The notes beneath the pieces were generated by a model that was not told the DNA's origin, did no database searches, and saw only the letters and a list, made by a program, of their open reading frames with translations. The position numbers and the translations under genes were made by a program. A stretch of DNA of 49,888 nucleotides, counting the filler, from Streblomastix strix (taxonomy: Eukaryota), in the NCBI GenBank assembly GCA_008636045.1. It is 3 parts of 3 records of this genome, joined end to end, with 100 filler letters (N's around TTAATTAATTAA, not from the genome) between each part and the next. Parts side by side here need not be neighbours in the genome. Positions count along the whole stretch, not along the records: positions 33,329 to 49,888 come from SNRW01000795.1; 2 more parts are not named here. One strand, 5' to 3'. Positions 42,801 through 49,888 of this stretch are shown here, piece by piece. Within the stretch, counting starts at the first letter, position 1, and the number at the start of each line of letters is the position of its first letter.

Positions 42801-44020
42801 AATCTTAATTATTATTATTATTATATTGAAGCTTATTCTCATTTTCTTAATAATTATTAGAATCTCCTTAATCTGATCTGAGAGCTTTAAACATATTATT
42901 TGCAATTTATACAACAACTGTTCTGCCATTGTGGAATAACATCTCCTTATTTAATAGTTTAGGAAGTGCTCTGACAAAATGTGAAACATGAAGAAGAATA
43001 ATCGATGCTTCTTCTGGAGAATAAAAATAAGAAAATGAGAGAAAGAAAATAATAAAAGTAATAATAATTATTTTTCAAATAATTAATATTAAATTGCAAT
43101 TCTTAATTATTTAACTAATTATCCATACAACTGACTCTTGATACATTTCTCATCAACACAAGAGAGAATTCACGAGCTACATTTGCCATCTGCATTGCAA
43201 TTCTATCCATATTTACACTCAATCTCATGTCCATATTGAATGTGAGTAGTAACAACTCTGCATTTACACGATCTGTCTCCTAAGATCTGAGCTTATTCCA
43301 TATTGGACCAAACCATCCTTATTTCTTTTATTTGTCATCTTCTTCATCAGAATCAATCCATTCTCTTCTTATTAGCTGGATACAGAAGCTTGTGAACTAT
43401 GCTATACGATATAAAGGACTCTTTCCATATTTATATTAACTCCATTCATCTATTAGAAGTCCAGACATACCCATTAATACTATATCATTGTGAGATGAAT
43501 TGGAAAGTGCTCTGATTGCAAGGAGGTTTATTAAGAATATATTCTTTGTGAAATTCTTACATATGATAATTGCTTATTCAAGACATTCAATGAGATTATC
43601 TGCAACTTCTGATTCTTTATTGTCTTATAAATATGTTGCTATTGATCCTAAGATGAATAATGAGTATCCAAGTATTATAAGATGACAAGAGTATTCATAT
43701 TTATTACATGAAGATAAGATATTATATGATTTCTTAATCATTATTCGAAGGAGTCTTAACAATCCTGAATCCAATAATAATCTCACATTACGTGGAAAAC
43801 TTATTGTTCCTGAAATTCTTCTTATTTCTTCAATAACACGTTGAAAAGACAAGTCTTCTACAGACCGCAGATAAAAAGAAAGCTGTTTCTACTGATCAAA
43901 TGGATTACATTTCTGTTCAATGATGCAGAATGGACATTTGTCTGCTCTGAAATTGGCACTATGGTTATGTGCGAAGAAAGGAGGTGATGTAAGGATAGTG
44001 TTTGGTGGGTTGCTCTACAT
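39864..44020 (-). CDS. Large protein with helical N-terminus, E/K/Q coiled coils, SEC-C-like CPCGCGK motif and C-terminal TPR repeats
   Basis: Long table-6 frame with introns near 43017-43130 and 39974-40040. Contains KDMCPCGCGKR, and TPRs AVQLKQKGNSIF.., ALANTAEAALR.. and KCYARRATAYLELG. Confidence 0.7.
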
Positions 44021-44754
44021 GTCTGGTAATATATGATAGCAAAAATAAGTTGAAAAATAGAAAAAAAAGTAAAAATGTTTCAAATAAAAACTTATGGATG
44101 TATTAATATTTATTTAATAAGTAAAAAAGAAGAATAGAAATAAAATTTAATTTTAAACATGTTTATCCTATGTTATCAAATATAAAAAAAATAATTTAAA
44201 ATTAGAAATAATCTATAAAATATATAAATACGTATAATAAATACTATATTAATAATTTTATTCATTTGTTTCCTGTACAAAACGAGATTTATTATAGATA
44301 AATTTAAAATCTAATTAAATTGGTTATAAACAGCTGTAAATATAAAAATTTCAGATAAAGTTAAAACAAATAAATAAATATATTAAAATTTTAGATAATC
44401 TATATTTAAAAAATTGATATGAATGAATTAAATGAAAATTTAAAATTGAAAGAATTTGTGATTAATTTAGTTAACCTCTCATTAAAATGAATAATAAAAT
44501 AGAACAATAATAAAAATATTTAAAACATAAATAAGAATTTCGCTAATATAATTTAACAAACAGCTTTGATTTTACCCATTTAAATCTCTGGAAAAGTTGA
44601 TGTAATTTTTTATTGCCTAGGTGTAAGCACTTTCAAGATAAAAAATAATTAAGTCTAAATCATGGCTCATAAAACATAACCAGATATAATTTTCATGATA
44701 GAACCCAACTGAGTAAATTTTTGCAAAGATCAGTTTTTTTTTCTCTTAGGGAAC

Positions 44755-47700
44755 ATGCAAAACATTTATTTAATAGCAATATTAATTTATTTTTATTTTT
44801 ATTTGCTTAGACATCTATTCATGACAATAAGACCTCGAAACAGTAACCCAAATGGATAAGAAAGAATAGTTTATTTTCATTTCGTTTCATTTTATTTTAT
44901 TTTATGAGTTTCTACCCATAATTAAGAATAATATTATTGAATTATATAATATTTATGGAGAAAATTGCGTTATTTGCAGTGGAATACCATCTCAAACTGA
45001 TGAGGATGAACTTAGCGAGTATTTGTACAAATATGGAAAGATTGGGTTTAAATTTTTCTTTTTTTCTCATTTTTGTTCTTATATTTTTTATTTGAATCTC
45101 AGTGAATTATGGTTTGAAGCAAAAAACGGATCTGAAAATCGTTAAGCTCTTTGCTTCTACACAACAAAATAAGGATATTAGACAGCTATTAATAGTTTGT
45201 AACACAACAAACAAAATTCTTAATATTTCGCAATTGAAGGATGCGCGAAATAATTGTTGGAGATGAGCAGAATTAATTTTGTACTTTTTAGTGTTGAAAA
45301 GGAAGAAGAGCTGATGTATTAAGAACTCTCATATTATTACTCGAAAACTAACGTTATCTGGGAGATATAAAAAATAATGAATATATTCAGTTCTTCCTAG
45401 AAACAAATTAATAAATTCAATGATTAACAATATATAATATCAAATAATAACCTTCTTATCACGAAGTTCGTATGTTCTGCCATTATTCGTCTATTTACAT
45501 TATTTCCAAATGAAAATTAAGATATAATTAGATAAAATATTACCTTAGCTTTAATGAAACATTTTCAATTACTCCAGATCAAAGTTATAAACCATGCACA
45601 CATTGAAGCATTGACATTATTGACTTAAATTTCTTCAGATGAATAAAAAATAGAAATATGGAATTAAAATGCTATTACTTTCTTAACTAGACTTCTTACA
45701 CATTCAAATGTAAGAGTTAAGGACGAATCTATTAATGTGATGTATAATATACTCAATATTTCAGAATCAAGATAAGATTAAAGAAAATAACATCCACTAT
45801 ACAATGAAGCAGTAAAATCTGGTGCAATCAAATCTTTATCAAATCTTATAACTGATTCAGAATAAATAAAAGATATGAAAGAAATGATTGTATTAATACT
45901 TGGAAAGCTTATACGAGCATAAAAAACTAATTCAAAATTAAGAATAATTTTAATTAAAGAATTGAAATAATTAGCGCTGAACCGTGTTTCTGATGAATAA
46001 CAATTGCAAACATTAAACATTTTATGTGGATTTGCAATGGAGAAATGTATACAAAATTTAATTTAGTTTTAAATATTTAAATTTTTTTTTAGCTTTCATA
46101 CCATATATTTGTTCTGAGCAGTTCATAGAAAATATTTGGGATCTTAAAATTTCACAAAAAGAACGATATATTATTTTGGAGCTGATGTTATTCATCTGTT
46201 AGAATGGTGATAGAGCTAATGAACATGAAATAAGAAGAATAATAAGTGATTGTTCACTATTGGAACTTTTTGGCTCATCTGATGAATAACTTGATGAATT
46301 AGTACTGATATAAACAAAGAAATGGAACAATAGCGAATAATTAACTGCGATATAAAGTCTTATTCAGTTGAAATATCAAATAAATAATATGAATAAAATG
46401 AAAAAGAAATAACCATTGAATGAAGAATAACTTGGAACAATCAACTATTCACTAATTTAGATTAATGAAAATATATCAAGAGAATTATAATAGGAATCAA
46501 TGGTTTCAGATCTTTTATTGAACATAATTAATATCACCTGTTCATTTATATCAAATCTTTAAAGAGAAAAATATTTTAAATTTGATTCAGATTAGAAAAT
46601 ATCATTTCCATCCGAACTTGTTAAAATGATGTAAATTCTTCCACTTTCCTAAATCTAAATAAATCATTTCACTCCTATTTATTTACTTCATTCATGTATT
46701 TCGTATTATTTTCGTAATCAGATGTTTAGTAATGGAGCTGCCCAGATGCTAGTTCGGTTGCTTAAACTTAATTCAACTGAAATTAAAGAAAAAGCTTCTA
46801 TTATTCTGTATGATTTCATCTATTCTGGACTTAAATTTCAATCTTAATACTCGATATACTCGATTGAATATCCTCATTATACCATTCACCCATTTTATGA
46901 TATACTTCAGAAAGATGGATCAATTTCATTGATTGAATAATGTCTGTTAGAAAACAAAGAAAATGAGTTAATATCATTTTTATTGAGTTAGTCATTAGCT
47001 TATATCAGTTGTGGGCATGCAATAAACCCATCTTTATAATAGTTAGTATTTTCATCTCTCTCAAAAGAATCATCTTTTGAATTTGATTAAGAATATGATT
47101 TTGATGTCAATTGGAAAATTGATACATTTTAGATTCTTGCTCTTCATCCAGGAAATCACGAATAAATTCTCAGAAATGAAACAATTCAGTATTTATCTTT
47201 AAAAATTCGTTAATTTTCATCAGCAATTCATTACATTTCTTCTGAACTATAAAGAGATATAATATAAATATTGCTGAATTTATATGAATATGGCACTTAG
47301 AACACTAGAATGAAATTGAATGAAGTAATTGTATCAAATGAGTGGCTTAAATTTTTATTATAAAGAAAAGATTTAGTGCATCTTTTTTATATTGGAGGGA
47401 CAAATGGAGGAAATTAATACAGGTATGATATTACTGATGAATATTAATAAATTAGAGATGCATTAACATTATAGGCATGGATTAATGAATAGGAAAGGAT
47501 GAATTAGATTGTTAAATTAAAAAATGAATTTTTTGTAGAGAACAATGAATAGAAATATGAATAAAATTAAATATTAAATAAACAAACAAATTTTAAAGAT
47601 TAGATAAACAAAATGATATCAAAAGTTTAAGAGATAAAAGATAAGGAATTGAAATAAGGAGCAATGGGAATTGTTCGCAGAGGTATTCATAATATTCTTT

Positions 47701-49493
47701 ATTAATTAGCCCTATATTGGGATGAAAAGTAAATAACTGATCTAATTTAAGCAATTGAGGATAATTCTAATGAATTAGATGATGAAATGTTATTCAGTAT
47801 GTTTGATCATAACATACATGAATGCATTCGATTCTGTAATATACAAGACAATAAACGAGTATTATCATTATCAATTGTTGAAAGATCTGCTTCTTTGTAA
47901 GTTTTATTGGCAGAAAGAGGAATAGTGATGTCTTCATTCAATGACACTAATAATATTAGATAATGCGATCGTAGTTTCTAAATTATAAATCTTTTAATTG
48001 AAATTCTTAATGGAGAAATAGATTTAGATAAGAAATTTAAATGTCCATTAAAGATAAAGAAGAAATTAAGATTGTAAGCAGCGATTGGATTTGGTTGTGC
48101 ATTCAAATTTAGTTCAACAAATGGAAATGTATCTGATATATGCTTATCAATTCTTATAAAAACTCTAAATTCATTTATTAATCGCTTGCAACAAAATTCT
48201 TATTTAGAAAATGATTTGGTTAGTTATGAAGAAGAAGCAGATTATGATGATGATGATGATGATGAAGATGATGAAGAAGAAGATATATCCTAAGAAGAAG
48301 TAGAAATTAGTAAAACTGCTGTTAATAATGACAATAAATAGGTTATTAATGAAAATGATCTGAAAACTATTAGATAAGTCCTTAATGCATTATCTGGTTT
48401 GGAAATACGTGCAATTATAAACAAGAAACGATTTAATTATAAATAAATTGCCATTTCAATATAATCATTCTTTCACATCAATTGTGGATGTCCATTTAAC
48501 ATATCACTCCCATAATCATGTATTCTTACTTCAATTATTTCAGCAGCTTATTCTGCATTTTCAAGATTTACAAAAAATTTAGAAACGTGGCAAAAGGAAG
48601 GTTTCTATTCAAATAATAATATTGTACATCATGCAACACAAATCGTTATTTCATTTGCTAATTCATCCAATCACAAACGTAGTTTGATTTCGTAATCCGA
48701 TCAAATTCAGATTAGTGAATAAAATAATCAAACCAATCTTATAGATAATTTCCGTCTTGTAAGAAATGCATTGAAGGTTATTGAACAAATAACTGGATCA
48801 GTTTATTCTGGGAAAGATTTAGCATTTGGTGTTCCTCATTTCATAAGTAGTATTTTGAGTATTGCTTCAGATAAAGGCATTTGTAAAGAAAATGGGATAG
48901 AGTCATCACTTATAAAATCATATTGCTTTGATATAATAAATAACTTAAAAAAAGAGAAATCGAGACAAGTAATGGAGAAAATGTTACTCAAATACAAAGA
49001 AATGAAAATAATGTCTGATTTAATGAGTAGTGCAGGTGGATGTTCAAATGATTATGATGATGTGATATCGAGTTGTATTAATAATCTATTTGTGAACTAC
49101 AGTCAAGCCTCCTATATGGATAGGGATGAAAAATTAAAGTAGAAACAATTGATCAGTTATGTTAATAACAGTATAGAGGAATTTGGATTATCTGAAGAGA
49201 TAGATAATTTGTTCTTCCACACTGACACAAGAAGAGATGTTGGAATCATTCATAGAGTTAATGAAATAAAGAAAGGTTTAATGAATTTATTATTATTTAC
49301 TTTTTTATTTCTCTTTTTTTATTTTATTTAAATTTTTAATTTGAATCTGATTCAGTATATATTAAAGATTTGAATGGTCAAATGACAGGAGGGTTTGCAG
49401 AGAAATTTAGAATTAATGATAAATATAAATATTTTCTTATTAATTATATTTCGCTTTATTTAATTTATTTAATTTATATTTTAGATTCTTTGA
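44755..49493 (+). CDS. Large hypothetical protein with divergent RRM-like N-terminus and ARM-like helical repeats
   Basis: CVICSGIPSQTDEDELSEYLYKYGKI..ALCFY suggests an RRM, followed by long table-6 exons (45100-46030, 46100-49275). Ends are approximate. Confidence 0.55.
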
Positions 49494-49657
49494 TTTGTTT
49501 TGAACGACTATAATATACAAAACAGTTAACAAAATATGTTGAATAGATTCAATTTTCCAAGAAAAATTGAATTATGATTAATTATTAATAAATGTTTTAT
49601 TAACAATAATTTTTACTTTTATTGGTGTTGATAAAATTCGTCAATTTTCAAAAATAT

Positions 49658-49888
49658 TCACAAAATTAGTAAAAAGACTGGAAGTAAAAAGGAAAATACA
49701 ACTACACTCATTGCTACGTGAAATGATCCTGATGCGCATAATCCTCCTTTTGTATATCTCATATCATTCTTCAATTCGTTTTTATCTTCAGGACAAGGGC
49801 AAGCATCTATTGGTGTTTCCTCTGTTATGTTATTGCAATATCCTTCCTAACATACATCTCTTTAATCTTGATCTTTACATTTGCATTG
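49658..49888 (-). CDS. C-terminus of a Cys-rich surface protein with hydrophobic GPI-signal-like tail (5'-truncated)
   Basis: QCKCKDQDQRDVC..CPCPEDK..GLCASGSFHVAMSVVVFPFLLPVFLLIL-TGA. Confidence 0.6.

Overview
Eukaryotic, AT-rich DNA that reads only with TAA/TAG = Gln and TGA as sole stop (translation table 6), so the supplied ORF track is fragmented. The code, the short GT-AG introns and the gene style fit an oxymonad such as Streblomastix; this is inference. The window is three unrelated ~16.56 kb contigs joined by artificial 100-nt N-TTAATTAATTAA-N linkers (16566-16665, 33229-33328). Contig 1 holds a giant DOCK-family GEF and a kinase-like/ARM-repeat gene. Contig 3 holds an SMC C-terminus, C9orf85-like, FAM76-like, TPR/SEC-C, RRM/ARM and Cys-rich surface protein genes. 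Contig 2 is entirely intronless, gene-dense Polinton/Maverick-like viral DNA written in the host's code. Element A carries putative capsid genes, KilA-N, an A32-like packaging ATPase, a 1507-aa protein-primed DNA polymerase B with an embedded HNH-like Zn module, an HNH endonuclease and an rve integrase. Element B is divergent and inverted, with a second pPolB and a shared microprotein. They meet at a 424-bp mini-element with perfect 123-bp AGTAGT-terminated inverted repeats. All translations were done by hand and no database searches were run.
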